Notes: generated by a model not told the origin, from the letters alone. A stretch of 64,000 nt of DNA from Candidatus Methanomethylicia archaeon (GCA_038845975.1 JAWBQF010000009.1:13073-77072), one strand, 5' to 3'; shown: positions 11,541 to 22,685, numbered from the stretch's first letter. A program made the numbers and translations.

Positions 11541-12455
11541 TTATCTTCTATGCGCTAGACCTACTAAATCATTTATTTTATCAATATTATTTTCCTCCAA
11601 ATACTTTTTAATACCAGTACATATTTTCCTAAATATACCTAAACCTTCAGTAGCTATTGCTGAACCTATTTGAATAGCTTTAGCTCCAGCTAGAATATAT
11701 TCTACGGCATCCTCCCATGAATATATTCCTCCACAACCAATTATTGGAATACTCAGCACTTCGTAAGCTTTAAATACGCATGCTAATGAAAGCGGTTTAA
11801 GAGCCTTGCCAGAAAGCCCACCATAAACTCCTTGAAGAACCGGTTTCTTACTGAAAATGTCTATTTTCATAGCTTTAACAGTATTTGTTAACGTTACTGC
11901 AGAAGCCCCTCCGTCTTCTGCCGCTAATGTAAGCTCATCAATTAATGTCATTAATGGAGGGAGCTTAGCTATAACAGGTACTTTTGATTTCTTGCATACT
12001 TCTCTTGTTACTTCTTCAACCATCCAGGGTATTTTTCCTATTTCTAACCCTACACCCATTTTGGTTGGGCATGATAAATTAAGCTCTAAAGCATCTACAT
12101 AGTCAGTAAGCTTGCTTGCTAAATATTTAAACTCATCAATATCTGATGCAAAAATACTTCCAAATAACCTGACCTTCTTACTTTTTACTATTTCAAACTC
12201 AGCTATCATTTCATTAAGTCCTGGATTAGGCAATCCCATTGAGTTTATATATCCATATCCTAGGTCGATAAGTACAGGTGTCTTGTATCCCTCGTTTGGC
12301 TTAATGCTAATTGACTTTGAAACAACAGCTCCGGCTCCAGATTTATATGCTCTAATTAGCAATGAAGCTGTAGTTCCAAGTATTCCTGAAGCTAGTATTG
12401 TAGGGTTTCTAAGAAATAGGGTACCTAATGAAATACTTACTGACATATTAATCAC
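11541..12455 (-). CDS. pyrD: Dihydroorotate dehydrogenase 1B catalytic subunit
   Basis: LASG, NSMGLPNPG, ELNLSCP, GGLSG, IIGCGGI. Confidence 0.95.
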   Translation of the reverse strand: MINMSVSISLGTLFLRNPTILASGILGTTASLLIRAYKSGAGAVVSKSISIKPNEGYKTPVLIDLGYGYINSMGLPNPGLNEMIAEFEIVKSKKVRLFGSIFASDIDEFKYLASKLTDYVDALELNLSCPTKMGVGLEIGKIPWMVEEVTREVCKKSKVPVIAKLPPLMTLIDELTLAAEDGGASAVTLTNTVKAMKIDIFSKKPVLQGVYGGLSGKALKPLSLACVFKAYEVLSIPIIGCGGIYSWEDAVEYILAGAKAIQIGSAIATEGLGIFRKICTGIKKYLEENNIDKINDLVGLAHRR

Positions 12456-13263
12456 TTAATTTAACTTTTACACCGGAGGGGGAACGACGATAGCGGCCAA
12501 GCTCACTTAGTTTCACTAATATTTTAAGTGGAAATACAGGACCGTCTTTACATACTCGTAACCCAAGAGGATCTAGACAGCAGGAACCACATAATCCAAT
12601 TCCGCACTTAATAAGTCTCTCTAGAGATGCTTGCAGGTTTAAATTGTGGTCATATGCCAATTTTATAAGTTTAGTTATCATGACTTCCGGTCCACATGTA
12701 TATATTAAGTCTACCTTTGAGAGAGACAGATATTTTTCTACCAGTGTAGTAACGTCACCGTGAAAACCTTCAGAGCCGTCATCTGTAGATACAAATACTT
12801 CTCCTAACAGTTTAAACTGGTCATAAAAAAGCAGTTCATCTTTATTCCGCGCACCTAAAAACGATATTACTTTTATATTCATGTTTGAAACTTTCTTAGC
12901 TAGAAGGAGGAGAGGAGCTATTCCATAACCACCACCAATAATCCATATCTTGTTTGTACCCCTAGGAATTTTAAATCCATTACCATACGGACCTCTAACA
13001 TATAAATAGTCATGAATTTTCAGTTCATGAATTTGCCTCGTTGTTTCGCCAACAGCCGCTATCGTTAAACCCATGATTGAACCATTAAAGTAAGATATAG
13101 AAATTGGCACCTCTTCAGCACCCGGAATCCAAACCATCATAAACTGACCGGGGATAACTTTAATTCTATCTTTTAGTTTTAGATAAAATGTCTTAATCCT
13201 ATCTGAGTGAGTGAGGATATTAATAATTTCAATAGGTTTTTGAGAAACTATCATTTTTAACAC
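12448..13263 (-). CDS. pyrK: Dihydroorotate dehydrogenase electron transfer subunit
   Basis: PGQF, RGPYGNGF, GGGYGIAP, CGIGLCGSC..VCKDGPVF. Confidence 0.95.
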   Translation of the reverse strand: MLKMIVSQKPIEIINILTHSDRIKTFYLKLKDRIKVIPGQFMMVWIPGAEEVPISISYFNGSIMGLTIAAVGETTRQIHELKIHDYLYVRGPYGNGFKIPRGTNKIWIIGGGYGIAPLLLLAKKVSNMNIKVISFLGARNKDELLFYDQFKLLGEVFVSTDDGSEGFHGDVTTLVEKYLSLSKVDLIYTCGPEVMITKLIKLAYDHNLNLQASLERLIKCGIGLCGSCCLDPLGLRVCKDGPVFPLKILVKLSELGRYRRSPSGVKVKLSD

Positions 13264-14575
13264 CTATCTTTACGAATTTACCACACCCTTTTTTTACTAA
13301 AATTTCATCTTCATCATAAATAAGTAAGCCGCCTAAAATTGTTTTAAAAACTTTAAATTTAACCTTCATATTTTTGAATGGAGAATATCGTGCTTTAGAT
13401 TTAAATTTCTCTGGATCTATTGTATATTCACCTTTATGATTAACAATAACTAAATCTGCATCAAATCCAGGTTCTATTTTACCCTTATTTTTAAGATTAA
13501 GGAGTTTAGCCGGATTTTCAGACATAGCGGAGATAACATGTGAAAAAATAAGTTCATCATTTAAGCATCTCGATAAAAGCACTGGTAGAGCAACTTCAAA
13601 GTTTGGAAAGCCTGAGGGGGCTTCACAGTAGTCCTTTGATTTCTCTTCCAGAGCATGCGGTGAATGATCTGTTACTATACAATCTACAAGACCTTTATTA
13701 AGAAGCTTAACTAGCATTTTTCTATCATATTCAGTACGTAATGGGGGGTTTACCTTAGCTATGTTTCCCCAAGTAGATGTAAAATTATTATTAAGAATAA
13801 GGTGATGAGGTGTTACCTCAACTGAAATGTTTAAATGATTATATTTCACTTTACTAATTAAGAAGCATGAATCGCTTGACGATATATGACATATATGCGC
13901 TTTAAATTTATAGATGCTTTTTAAGTTAAATACATAATTTATGGCTTCAATTTCAGCCTTTGTGGGTCTGATTAAATGATGATTCAACACATTTAACTCA
14001 CAGGTAGTAGTGTTAATATTAATAAAATCTCTTAATTCAGCGTGAAAGTGAACACGTATATTGTAATTATTACAAGCATTATAGAAATTATAGTTGCAGT
14101 GGTCCGTATTTAACTCACCATATTCGCTTAAATATACTTTAAACCCTGCTATACCCATATTAACCAATTCTATAAATTCCTCAATATTTTTGGGAGGAGC
14201 TGAATATAAGCCAACATTAACTATAGCATTTAAATGTATCTTTTCTATTTTTTCACGAAGTCGTATTGGCGAATTTGTAACAGGTTCAGTATTAGGCATA
14301 TCAAATACTGTAGTAAAACCACCAGAAGCTGCTGCACATGTTCCTGTGTAGAAATCTTCTTTATAAGATAGCTTAAAATCTCTTAAATGAGAATGAATAT
14401 CTATGAGGCCAGGAAGAATAAGTAATCCATTGACGTTCAGTCTTAAATCAGATCGAGGAGCTAAAGGCTCCTTGCAGAGTTTAACTATTTTACCATTATC
14501 GATGACTATAGCGCACTCGACAAATTCCCCTGCATGCCAGACTTTACCACCAGATATTACTAAATCAGCAATCAA
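13229..14575 (-). CDS. pyrC: Dihydroorotase
   Basis: DIHSHLR, DMPNT, KVNPPLR, TDHSPH. Confidence 0.94.
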   Translation of the reverse strand: MIADLVISGGKVWHAGEFVECAIVIDNGKIVKLCKEPLAPRSDLRLNVNGLLILPGLIDIHSHLRDFKLSYKEDFYTGTCAAASGGFTTVFDMPNTEPVTNSPIRLREKIEKIHLNAIVNVGLYSAPPKNIEEFIELVNMGIAGFKVYLSEYGELNTDHCNYNFYNACNNYNIRVHFHAELRDFININTTTCELNVLNHHLIRPTKAEIEAINYVFNLKSIYKFKAHICHISSSDSCFLISKVKYNHLNISVEVTPHHLILNNNFTSTWGNIAKVNPPLRTEYDRKMLVKLLNKGLVDCIVTDHSPHALEEKSKDYCEAPSGFPNFEVALPVLLSRCLNDELIFSHVISAMSENPAKLLNLKNKGKIEPGFDADLVIVNHKGEYTIDPEKFKSKARYSPFKNMKVKFKVFKTILGGLLIYDEDEILVKKGCGKFVKIGVKNDSFSKTY

Positions 14576-14586
14576 GAAAATTCACG

Positions 14587-15558
14587 CTATTTAAAGCTAT
14601 AAAATAACTGTTTTAAATCTTCTTTATTAGCTAAAATCATTGATAGTAGAGCCATTCTTATGCATAAACCATAATATGTTTGAATGAAGTATTTAGCTTG
14701 AGGGTGTGAATTAACATCTAATGATATTTCATCAACTCTTGGCAATGGATGTAAAATAATACAATTAGGCTTGGCTTTAGATATTAGGGAGGAGGTTACC
14801 TTATAGCTTCCCTTAACTCTTAAATATTCAGCGGGATCTGGGAAACGTTCTTTCTGAATTCTAACAACATATATTACATCAAGATTAGAAATGATTTTTT
14901 CAATATCTTCATAGTATTTAAACTCAACTCCTTTCTTTTTCAGATCCTCTTCGATTTCATCTCTTAACCTTAAACTTGGAGGAGATACGAAGCTTAAATT
15001 AACATTAAAAAGAGATAAAGCATACACAAGAGAATGAACAGTTCTTCCATATTTAAGATCGCCAATAATGCCAATCTCTAAACCATCCACTTTACCAAGT
15101 TCTCTTTTTATGGTGTATATATCTAATAAAGCCTGGGTTGGATGCTCTTGAGCCCCGCTACCAGCATTAATAACAGGAACATTGGATAGCTCAGCAGCTA
15201 ACTTAGCAGCACCTTCAGCTGGATGACGTAAAACTATGCAGTCACAATAATTCTCAACTGTCTTAATAGTATCCGAAAGCGTTTCACCTTTAGCAACAGA
15301 CGATGCTTCAGCAGACGTAAATCCTATAACGTTACCTCCAAGTCTATACATTGCAGCTTCAAAACTTAAGCGAGTTCTAGTTGATGGTTCAAAGAATAGT
15401 GTAGCCATTATTTTACCTCTAAGAATATTAGGACTACCGCCTTTAGCATACTTCTCCATTATATAAGCAACATTAAATATTTCCTCAATTAACTCCCTAC
15501 TAAAATCCAGAATTGAAACTACATCTTTACCGTGGAGGCTAAACAGATTACTCACCAT
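14587..15558 (-). CDS. pyrB: Aspartate carbamoyltransferase catalytic chain
   Basis: FFEPSTRTRLSF, HPTQALLD, GDLKYGRTVHSL, HPLPRVDEI. Confidence 0.97.
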   Translation of the reverse strand: MVSNLFSLHGKDVVSILDFSRELIEEIFNVAYIMEKYAKGGSPNILRGKIMATLFFEPSTRTRLSFEAAMYRLGGNVIGFTSAEASSVAKGETLSDTIKTVENYCDCIVLRHPAEGAAKLAAELSNVPVINAGSGAQEHPTQALLDIYTIKRELGKVDGLEIGIIGDLKYGRTVHSLVYALSLFNVNLSFVSPPSLRLRDEIEEDLKKKGVEFKYYEDIEKIISNLDVIYVVRIQKERFPDPAEYLRVKGSYKVTSSLISKAKPNCIILHPLPRVDEISLDVNSHPQAKYFIQTYYGLCIRMALLSMILANKEDLKQLFYSFK

Positions 15559-15929
15559 AAAATACCTTTAACTACAAATATTTGAATTTTTTAATTACAA
15601 TATGGCTTAACATTATGCTACTAATCAACACTAGATAATATGAATAAGTAAACGATAAATCTTAAATAGATATGACAACTTAAGCCTACTTTCCAGGGTT
15701 GTAGATGGTATAAATATAAATAGGTTTAGTATTCAGTTTATTTCTTATCGTATAGTTGTTATTGTTGAGAATACTCTAATTCTCTCTGAATAATAGTATT
15801 CTACTCTACTATACTTCTCTTACTGAAAGATACTTCTAAATGTAGTAGTTTAAGTTTTACGTAGTGCATTATCAATGAAGAATATTGATTCTATCATAAT
15901 GTTTTAATTACTTCATAAGAATTGTTTAA

Positions 15930-16038
15930 GAACTAATTGCAAACTCCAAATTTAAACATGTTAACAATATTTCACAACACTATTCTCATGTAGAATTAAA
16001 CCAGTTAAACCTTAATAGTAGAGTTTTGCAATGACTTC
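15930..16038. mobile_element. 109-bp MITE, copy 1, 3-bp TSD TAA
   Basis: Identical to 17943-18051; imperfect TIR GAACTAATTGCAAACTC / GAGTTTTGCAATGACTTC; taa on both flanks. Confidence 0.88.
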
Positions 16039-16074
16039 TAAATATTATGATATTCCTTATATGCTTCCATAGCA

Positions 16075-16159
16075 AACTTATCTGAAAACTTATATTGTTA
16101 AAACTTAAATTAGATTAATAAATTAACTACCAACTAATCATAGAGTTTTCAGACAGGCT
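16075..16159. mobile_element. 85-bp MITE-like element
   Basis: TIR aacttatctgaaaact / agttttcagacaggct (13/16 match). Confidence 0.55.
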
Positions 16160-16272
16160 AAGCTATTATTTCATTCCTATAATATCTAGTATAATCCAAT
16201 AATTCCTATCATTAGTCTTAACTCCTCATTTATAACTCTCTAGAACTCCAATGATTTATATTTATCCTCTCC

Positions 16273-16473
16273 TAAGCTTATTCATTCCTACAATAACCAT
16301 ATTATAAACCTAAATAATACTCTAGAAACCCCTATCAAATATCTATATGAATACTATATCAAATTACATCTATAAAACATTATTCCACTCAAACATTCCA
16401 AGATTTTAATAAACTCCTAATACTAACATGAAATAAACAATAAACTTATATAACTTCTTAAGTCGCTAAGTTC
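16273..16473. repeat. Decayed mobile-element end, related to 5500-5665
   Basis: Colinear shared blocks; possible partner end tgacaacttaag at ~15673. Confidence 0.6.
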
Positions 16474-16537
16474 TCTTAAATTACCAGAAAATTTAAACAC
16501 TAGTTCCTAAGTATACCTACTACTGGAGTGAAAATAA

Positions 16538-17911
16538 ATGGTTAGTACGCAATGGAGTTTACTATATTTACTACGTGAGAATCCTGATAAACTCAAATGG
16601 AGTCAAAAAGTAAGAGGGTTGGATGAAAAGGTAATTGATAGTGCATTAGAACTTGATTTGAAATGGAGGGAGATTTTGAAAGAAGTCAATAAACTAAAAC
16701 ATGAGAAAAATGTCATTTCTAAAATGCTCTTAAAGACAACCATAGAAGATAAAAATACTTTAATTAATAAAGCTCGTGAAATAACTCAGAAGATAGAAAA
16801 GCTTGAAGCATACGCTGAAGATTTAAAGAAACGTAGAGATCAGATACTACTAGGACTACCAAATGTATTACATGAATCAGTACCTATCGGTACTGATGAA
16901 AGCGATAATATACCTGTAAGGTTTTATGGAAAACCAAAAGTTTGGAGGAAATTTATTGACCAATTTTTAAATCAAGTAAGAGGACATAATGTGGAGTATG
17001 AAATAGTGGATAGGCTTCCTATTGGTCATGCTGAATACGTGGAAAAAACAGGCCTTGCAGATATGGAAAGAGCTGCAAAAGTTTCAGGCTCTAGATTTTA
17101 TTACTTAATAGATGATCTTGTATGGCTTGACTTTGCATTAATTAACTATGCTCTCGATTACCTTAAAGCACAAGGTTTTAAAATTCTTGAGCCTCCATTT
17201 ATGATTAGAAGAGAAGCTTACGAAGGAGTAACTTCACTTGAAGATTTTGCAAATGTCATATATAAAATTGAGGGGGAAAATCTATATTTAATAGCAACAT
17301 CTGAGCATGCAATTGCTGCCATGCACATGAATGAGGTGCTTGAAAAAAGCGAGCTTCCACTATTGTATGCTGGAGTAAGTCCCTGTTTTAGAAAGGAGGC
17401 TGGAGCCCATGGCAAAGATACTAAGGGAATATTTAGAGTTCATCAGTTTAATAAAGTTGAGCAATTCGTATTTTGTTTACCTGAGGATTCTTGGAAATGG
17501 CACGAGAAACTCATAGAGAATGCCGAAAAACTATGGCAAGGCCTTGAGATTCCTTATAGAATTGTTAACATATGCACAGGAGACATAGGAATTGTAGCTG
17601 CAAAAAAATATGACTTAGAAGCATGGATGCCAGCTCAAGGGAAATATAGGGAGGTAGTATCATGTAGTAATTGCACAGATTGGCAGTCATATAGGCTTAA
17701 TATAAGATATGCTGAAAAGAGAGGGTTACCATCAGAGGGCTATGTTCATACATTAAACTCAACAGCAATAGCTACATCTAGAGCTATAACAGCTATAATA
17801 GAAAACTATCAACAGGAGGATGGAAGCGTAATTATTCCTAAGGTTTTAAGAAAATATTTAGAGAATATTGAGAATGCGCCTAAAGAAAAAATAGTACCAA
17901 TTCGAAAGTAA
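16538..17911 (+). CDS. serS: Serine--tRNA ligase
   Basis: N-terminal coiled coil, LIATSEH, FRKEAG, RVHQFNKVEQF, EVVSCSNCTDWQS, HTLNST. Confidence 0.97.
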   Translation: MVSTQWSLLYLLRENPDKLKWSQKVRGLDEKVIDSALELDLKWREILKEVNKLKHEKNVISKMLLKTTIEDKNTLINKAREITQKIEKLEAYAEDLKKRRDQILLGLPNVLHESVPIGTDESDNIPVRFYGKPKVWRKFIDQFLNQVRGHNVEYEIVDRLPIGHAEYVEKTGLADMERAAKVSGSRFYYLIDDLVWLDFALINYALDYLKAQGFKILEPPFMIRREAYEGVTSLEDFANVIYKIEGENLYLIATSEHAIAAMHMNEVLEKSELPLLYAGVSPCFRKEAGAHGKDTKGIFRVHQFNKVEQFVFCLPEDSWKWHEKLIENAEKLWQGLEIPYRIVNICTGDIGIVAAKKYDLEAWMPAQGKYREVVSCSNCTDWQSYRLNIRYAEKRGLPSEGYVHTLNSTAIATSRAITAIIENYQQEDGSVIIPKVLRKYLENIENAPKEKIVPIRK

Positions 17912-17942
17912 AATATGTAGAAACTTGAACAACATTAAATAT

Positions 17943-18051
17943 GAACTAATTGCAAACTCCAAATTTAAACATGTTAACAATATTTCACAACACTATTCTC
18001 ATGTAGAATTAAACCAGTTAAACCTTAATAGTAGAGTTTTGCAATGACTTC
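17943..18051. mobile_element. 109-bp MITE, copy 2, 3-bp TSD TAT
   Basis: Identical to 15930-16038; tat on both flanks. Confidence 0.88.
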
Positions 18052-18127
18052 TATATTAACTTAAGCTCATCACTTAGATCAACATTAATTCTTATTAAAT
18101 TTAGAGTACTAGTACTGATCACTAACA

Positions 18128-18502
18128 CTATAAATGAAAGGGCTTACCTTGATATAATATCTTTTCAGGAAGTTTGCTTGCATGAGATTTAAGGAAAAGA
18201 ATATCGGCATCTTTATTTCTAAGATCATCAGGAAGCATATGTGGTATTTCATCTATTATTGGATACCATCTATTACAATTGCAACAAATAAGAGCTCCTT
18301 CAATAATCTCCTTAGAGAGACAGATGTTACACTTTAGGTCATTAATATCCCTAATAAACTTACTTTCAAATCCACAGTATTCTTCACATGTCCTGGATAC
18401 GTTTCTAGAAATTTCAACTTCAGACACTTCAAATACATATAATGAAAGTGGAAATGTCTTACAAATTGGACAAGCAAGTAAATCCATTAGTCGATACTTC
18501 AT
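18128..18502 (-). CDS. Trm112-family methyltransferase activator
   Basis: LMDLLACPICK...EGALIC..CNRWYPIIDEIPHML. Confidence 0.9.
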   Translation of the reverse strand: MKYRLMDLLACPICKTFPLSLYVFEVSEVEISRNVSRTCEEYCGFESKFIRDINDLKCNICLSKEIIEGALICCNCNRWYPIIDEIPHMLPDDLRNKDADILFLKSHASKLPEKILYQGKPFHL

Positions 18503-18553
18503 ACTATCAAGTTCTTTTACTGAACAAATATAAAAAGTTGCCTATCAATAAAG

Positions 18554-18725
18554 GGCTTTGTGAGCACAAGCATGCTCATTATCTCTAACTATACCTTCAA
18601 TCAAACCTCAATTCAAAGTTTGAATTAAATGTCAGTTATAAAATATTAAATTTCTCTTGATTACTATTTTCTCATGAATTTAAATCATCAACTACGTATA
18701 TTTTATATCTAAAGTTCGCAAAACC
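18554..18725 (-). mobile_element. 172-bp IS6-derived MITE
   Basis: Ends ggctttgtgagcacaagcatg and atctaaagttcgcaaaacc match the two IS6 termini. Confidence 0.7.
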
Positions 18726-18759
18726 TAAAAATTAGTTTTGTAGGTGATAATATCCTATA

Positions 18760-19260
18760 CCTAACTAAAGTCCTTAACCTCCTAATATCTTTAGATGAAA
18801 CATAGCATTCAATCAAAAATCACCGCATAGTAACTAATACCATAGACATCAACTTTATTCTAATTCTAGCTGAGGCAATAGCCATTTAATGGATTAATAA
18901 ACAGCCTTAGCATCTTTATCATCGGAAGCCTTAAATAGATTAACCAATAGATTATCCATGAACCCAGTAATAGCACAGACATTCTTTAAAAGCTTAGAAG
19001 TAAAAGTGTTCACCTCTTCAACATCATTAGTAAAGCCAAACTCGTCAACTAAAAACTATCTCATTGATAATAATAGTTCTACATTTATTCCTGTTTAATC
19101 TGCATCAATATACCTTACCTTGCGCATCTCTCCATTTTAGCTAGCCTTAAGCTGTAAACAATCATTTGAGTGTGGACCTAATTCTTTAGTAGCTTAACAT
19201 GACTAGTCAAGTAATGGTCGCAAAGATTAATTAATAACCAGGTCTATCAATTCAAGCAGT
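18760..19260 (-). pseudogene. Degraded DDE transposase remnant (IS5-like)
   Basis: Minus-strand fragments ASDDKDAKAVY, PLNGYCL, KVDVYGI resemble the D.DA..GY...GYK.H..VD..G region; boundaries approximate. Confidence 0.4.
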
Positions 19261-19401
19261 AATGGAAAGAATCTTTCATAAGGTCAAATCATAGAAACAA
19301 CCAGAAACCAGCAATAAGAATAAACTACAAAGCGTAAAAGTTTAATATCCATAACTTTAATAGAAGTAATGTTGTTAGTTTCTTCATAGCTACATTATTT
19401 T

Positions 19402-21042
19402 CTACTTTCTAAATTTATTTATTACCTCATCAATTCTATTTAGTACAAAAGTTTTTTCAAGAATGGATAAGTAAGGAGATATTCTTGGACCGTATGTTTG
19501 GCCGAAAAATATTAAATATAGAGCTTCGAAAAATTGTCGTTCTTCCTCTTTATTAGCTCTTGGTACACGTATCATAGCATTTTTTAATTCTTCATCGATC
19601 CATCGACAATTTTCTAAGTTCTTTCTAAGTATTGATAGCATTTGAATTTGCTTTTCGTTTAATCTATTTATTATATCTTCATGTAGTACTTCTAGAAACT
19701 TTATTCTATAGACTTCAGGAGCGTATTTTTGAAGCCAGTTCCTAGCATAATTTAGTCTATTTTTAATTCTCTCTATATCTTCTGGTAACAGCTCCTTTGA
19801 TGTAAACTTAGTAGCTCTTAGTCTTGCAATAGCGTTTTCTACTAAGTTTTCTTTGGGAAGGGTTTGAATCAGTGCTACAGCGTGAAGATATGGAAGCTGT
19901 ATTGGTATTTTATATGGTAACGGTTTAATATGTGCAAGTTTAAAGCTTTTCAGTAACTGTTTAAATTGTGGAAGCTCTCTTTTTGAGGGTTTTTCTACAC
20001 CATAATACAATCTTTCTACGCGGTCAAATTGATCGGTGTATTGTGGAATATTTTCAAGTCCAATAATGATCCTTTTCATTGGCTCTTGAAATAAGTATAA
20101 AAATCTCAGAACTTCAGGTTCAGCAACTTCAACCCATTCTTTTGGCGAGAAGCCAATGAAGTCGCTTGACCCCATATCACCAGCATCCTTACCGTCCTTA
20201 TAATAACCGACCCATTCATAAGCTAATCCCAAGGGTGGTTTCATATTGAATACATTAACAGACAAATCTACACAGCTATCTCTTGATCCTCCTGGCATGG
20301 CATGATCTTTGCCGAATGGTTCAAAATCAACATTTAAGCAATACCATATTGAAATCCATTCAAGCCTCCATGTTAATTTACCATTCCACATAAATGTTTC
20401 ACCTTCATGGCCGCAATAATGGCACTTATACCTAACCTTATAACTACTTATATCGGCGCTTATTGATTCAGCACCTATTCTATTACAGTTTTCACATATA
20501 GCTTCAAATGGAAGCCAATTTTCATGGTATGGTTTTCGACCCCTATATTTGTTTATTACTGACCTGATACTTTCTCTTTTTTCAAAAGCAGTTTTAATAA
20601 AATTCTTCATTTTATCAGATTTATATAAATCGGTTGTTGTGATTATGTCGACTTCATGTGTAAAGAGCTCCAGATAGTTTCCGAAATCCTTCCAAAAGTG
20701 TTCAACCCAGTTGTTGCAACAATCAAATGGGTCAGGAACCATGATAAGTGGCCATGATATATATTTCTTGGCTTCATCAGGATTCTTAAAAACTGATAAC
20801 TGTTTATCTTTACCCTTCCAAGGATCTTGCGTGTATAGCACTAGAGTATGCTTACCTTTGAGTCCATTTTCCTCAAGTAGACTTATAATAGCATCATTAA
20901 TTACAATTTCACCTCTCAATCTCCCAATATGTTGAAGACCAGATACAGAAAGGCCGCCATTACATATATATATAGATTTCTCTCCGCGAAATTTTAGTAG
21001 TTTTGCTAATATATCAACAAGCCAATGCTCAGAGCTAGACAT
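19402..21042 (-). CDS. lysS: Lysine--tRNA ligase, class I
   Basis: SGLQHIGRLRGE, GKLTWRLEW, FEPFGKDH, MGSS, GPRI. Confidence 0.96.
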   Translation of the reverse strand: MSSSEHWLVDILAKLLKFRGEKSIYICNGGLSVSGLQHIGRLRGEIVINDAIISLLEENGLKGKHTLVLYTQDPWKGKDKQLSVFKNPDEAKKYISWPLIMVPDPFDCCNNWVEHFWKDFGNYLELFTHEVDIITTTDLYKSDKMKNFIKTAFEKRESIRSVINKYRGRKPYHENWLPFEAICENCNRIGAESISADISSYKVRYKCHYCGHEGETFMWNGKLTWRLEWISIWYCLNVDFEPFGKDHAMPGGSRDSCVDLSVNVFNMKPPLGLAYEWVGYYKDGKDAGDMGSSDFIGFSPKEWVEVAEPEVLRFLYLFQEPMKRIIIGLENIPQYTDQFDRVERLYYGVEKPSKRELPQFKQLLKSFKLAHIKPLPYKIPIQLPYLHAVALIQTLPKENLVENAIARLRATKFTSKELLPEDIERIKNRLNYARNWLQKYAPEVYRIKFLEVLHEDIINRLNEKQIQMLSILRKNLENCRWIDEELKNAMIRVPRANKEEERQFFEALYLIFFGQTYGPRISPYLSILEKTFVLNRIDEVINKFRK

Positions 21043-21097
21043 ACAATTCTGTAGTCATTACAATAGATGCATATTTAAAACTTTCTAAAATTTAAAC

Positions 21098-21832
21098 GGC
21101 TTTGTTAACTTAAGCATGTTTATCACCTCTATTTTGGTATTATGTTTTCTATGAATTCCTTAGCTTTTATTTTCCTTATCCATGTTTGTTTAGTATGTAT
21201 ATTATTGATTTTATAAGCATTAATACATGTTCACCATCACATCTATCCTTCATGCATGGTATATAATTATCGAATAGCTTAGTTCTATCCTTAACATACT
21301 GTATGATCCTCTCCATTAGATTCCTAACCTCTAAACTATACAATTCATGTTTTAATTTTAATATTCTACTGCTTTATAATAATGAGCTCCATCACTTAAT
21401 ACAACTATATTAGAACCATAGATAGCCCTAACCTTTTTAAGGAATGTTAGAGATGTAAGCATGTTGCAACATCGCAAACCAATACATACAAAATTTCCTT
21501 AATAACGGCTCAAATACAACATAAACAACCTTACTCTTAGAACCTACACTAATAATAGTATCATCAACCATAACAATCCTAACATCCCTCCTATCAAACT
21601 CAAATAGGAAGCTTAAAGATCTAAACCACGATAATATAGATACATAACTCCTAACAACAATAAAGCTTAAAATATCTGAAGCCATCCTAGATGAACATGA
21701 ACGAAAATATATATAAGCAATAAACAACTAGAGTAAATGGAGTTCTCTCCCTAACAAACTTAACAACTTTAACCATAGATTCACCATAAATAAGGGAGAG
21801 AACTCCCAAATAAATCTAAAGTTAACAAAGCC
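21098..21832 (-). mobile_element. IS6-family element (735 bp), best-preserved copy, frameshifted transposase
   Basis: Perfect 14-bp TIR; minus strand gives VDDT, VLSDGAHYY and RNLMERIIQYVKDRTKLFD (IS6/IS240-type DDE) split over frames. Confidence 0.9.
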
Positions 21833-21860
21833 GTGTAGCCATTCGTTAAGTTTAAAAGAG

Positions 21861-22685
21861 TTGTTAAATATAATGAAGGGTGTGAACATTGAGCGCCTTT
21901 CAACTGGAGTAAAGGGACTTGATGAACTTATTGAGGGTGGTATTCCAAGAGGGTTTTTTGTTGTTGTTACTGGAGAACCTGGATGCGGTAAAACAATACT
22001 CTGTATTCACTTTATTAATCAGGGTATTCTTGAAAATGATAAAAACATATATATAACAACAGAGGAAAGTAGAGAAAGCATAATCAGTCAGGCTGCTCAA
22101 TTTAACATGGATTTTAACAAGGCAATTACTGAGAAGAAGCTTATAATTATAGATGCACTTATGGGGGGAGAAGATCTGTGGACTTTAAAATCACTAGATT
22201 TAGAGATGCTTATTAACAAAATAATTGAGGCAAAAAAATATCTTGGATATGGCCGTGCTCGAGTAGTAATAGACTCTATTTCAGCTTATTGGCTTGATAA
22301 GCCTGCTATGGCTAGGCGATATTCGTACTTTATTAAAAAGGTCCTTTCAAAATGGGATTTTACAGTTATGGCGACTGCACAATACGCTATAACTACTGGA
22401 GAGGCACATGGATTTGGGGTTGAACATGTAGGTGATATTATTATCAGATTTAAGAGGATAATTCGAGGAGGAAAGCTATGTAGATTTTTAATAATTGAAA
22501 AAGCTAGACAAACAAATCATTGTTTATATGCTCATGAGATAAACATTGCTACGGGGCAAGGATTAATAATAGGTAAGAAGCTTGAAATAAGAAAAGAAGA
22601 CTATACTTTACCAAGATACATATATGATAAGATAATATCAATTAAGAAAAAGGAAGTTAAAGAACTTAGTCATAGTAGTCTGTAG
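21861..22685 (+). CDS. Single-domain KaiC-like RecA-superfamily ATPase
   Basis: STGVKGLD, GEPGCGKT, TTEES, VVIDS, EKAR.T.H; real start may be GTG 21882. Confidence 0.92.
   Translation: MLNIMKGVNIERLSTGVKGLDELIEGGIPRGFFVVVTGEPGCGKTILCIHFINQGILENDKNIYITTEESRESIISQAAQFNMDFNKAITEKKLIIIDALMGGEDLWTLKSLDLEMLINKIIEAKKYLGYGRARVVIDSISAYWLDKPAMARRYSYFIKKVLSKWDFTVMATAQYAITTGEAHGFGVEHVGDIIIRFKRIIRGGKLCRFLIIEKARQTNHCLYAHEINIATGQGLIIGKKLEIRKEDYTLPRYIYDKIISIKKKEVKELSHSSL

Noticed and set aside
15930-18051. Composite transposon carrying serS
   Set aside because: Each MITE has its own TSD and the outer flanks differ (TAA vs TAT); serS looks native.
7999-21727. ORFs 7999-8256, 9719-9931 and 21437-21727 as independent genes
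   Set aside because: All lie inside IS6 copies; they are transposase fragments or their antisense.
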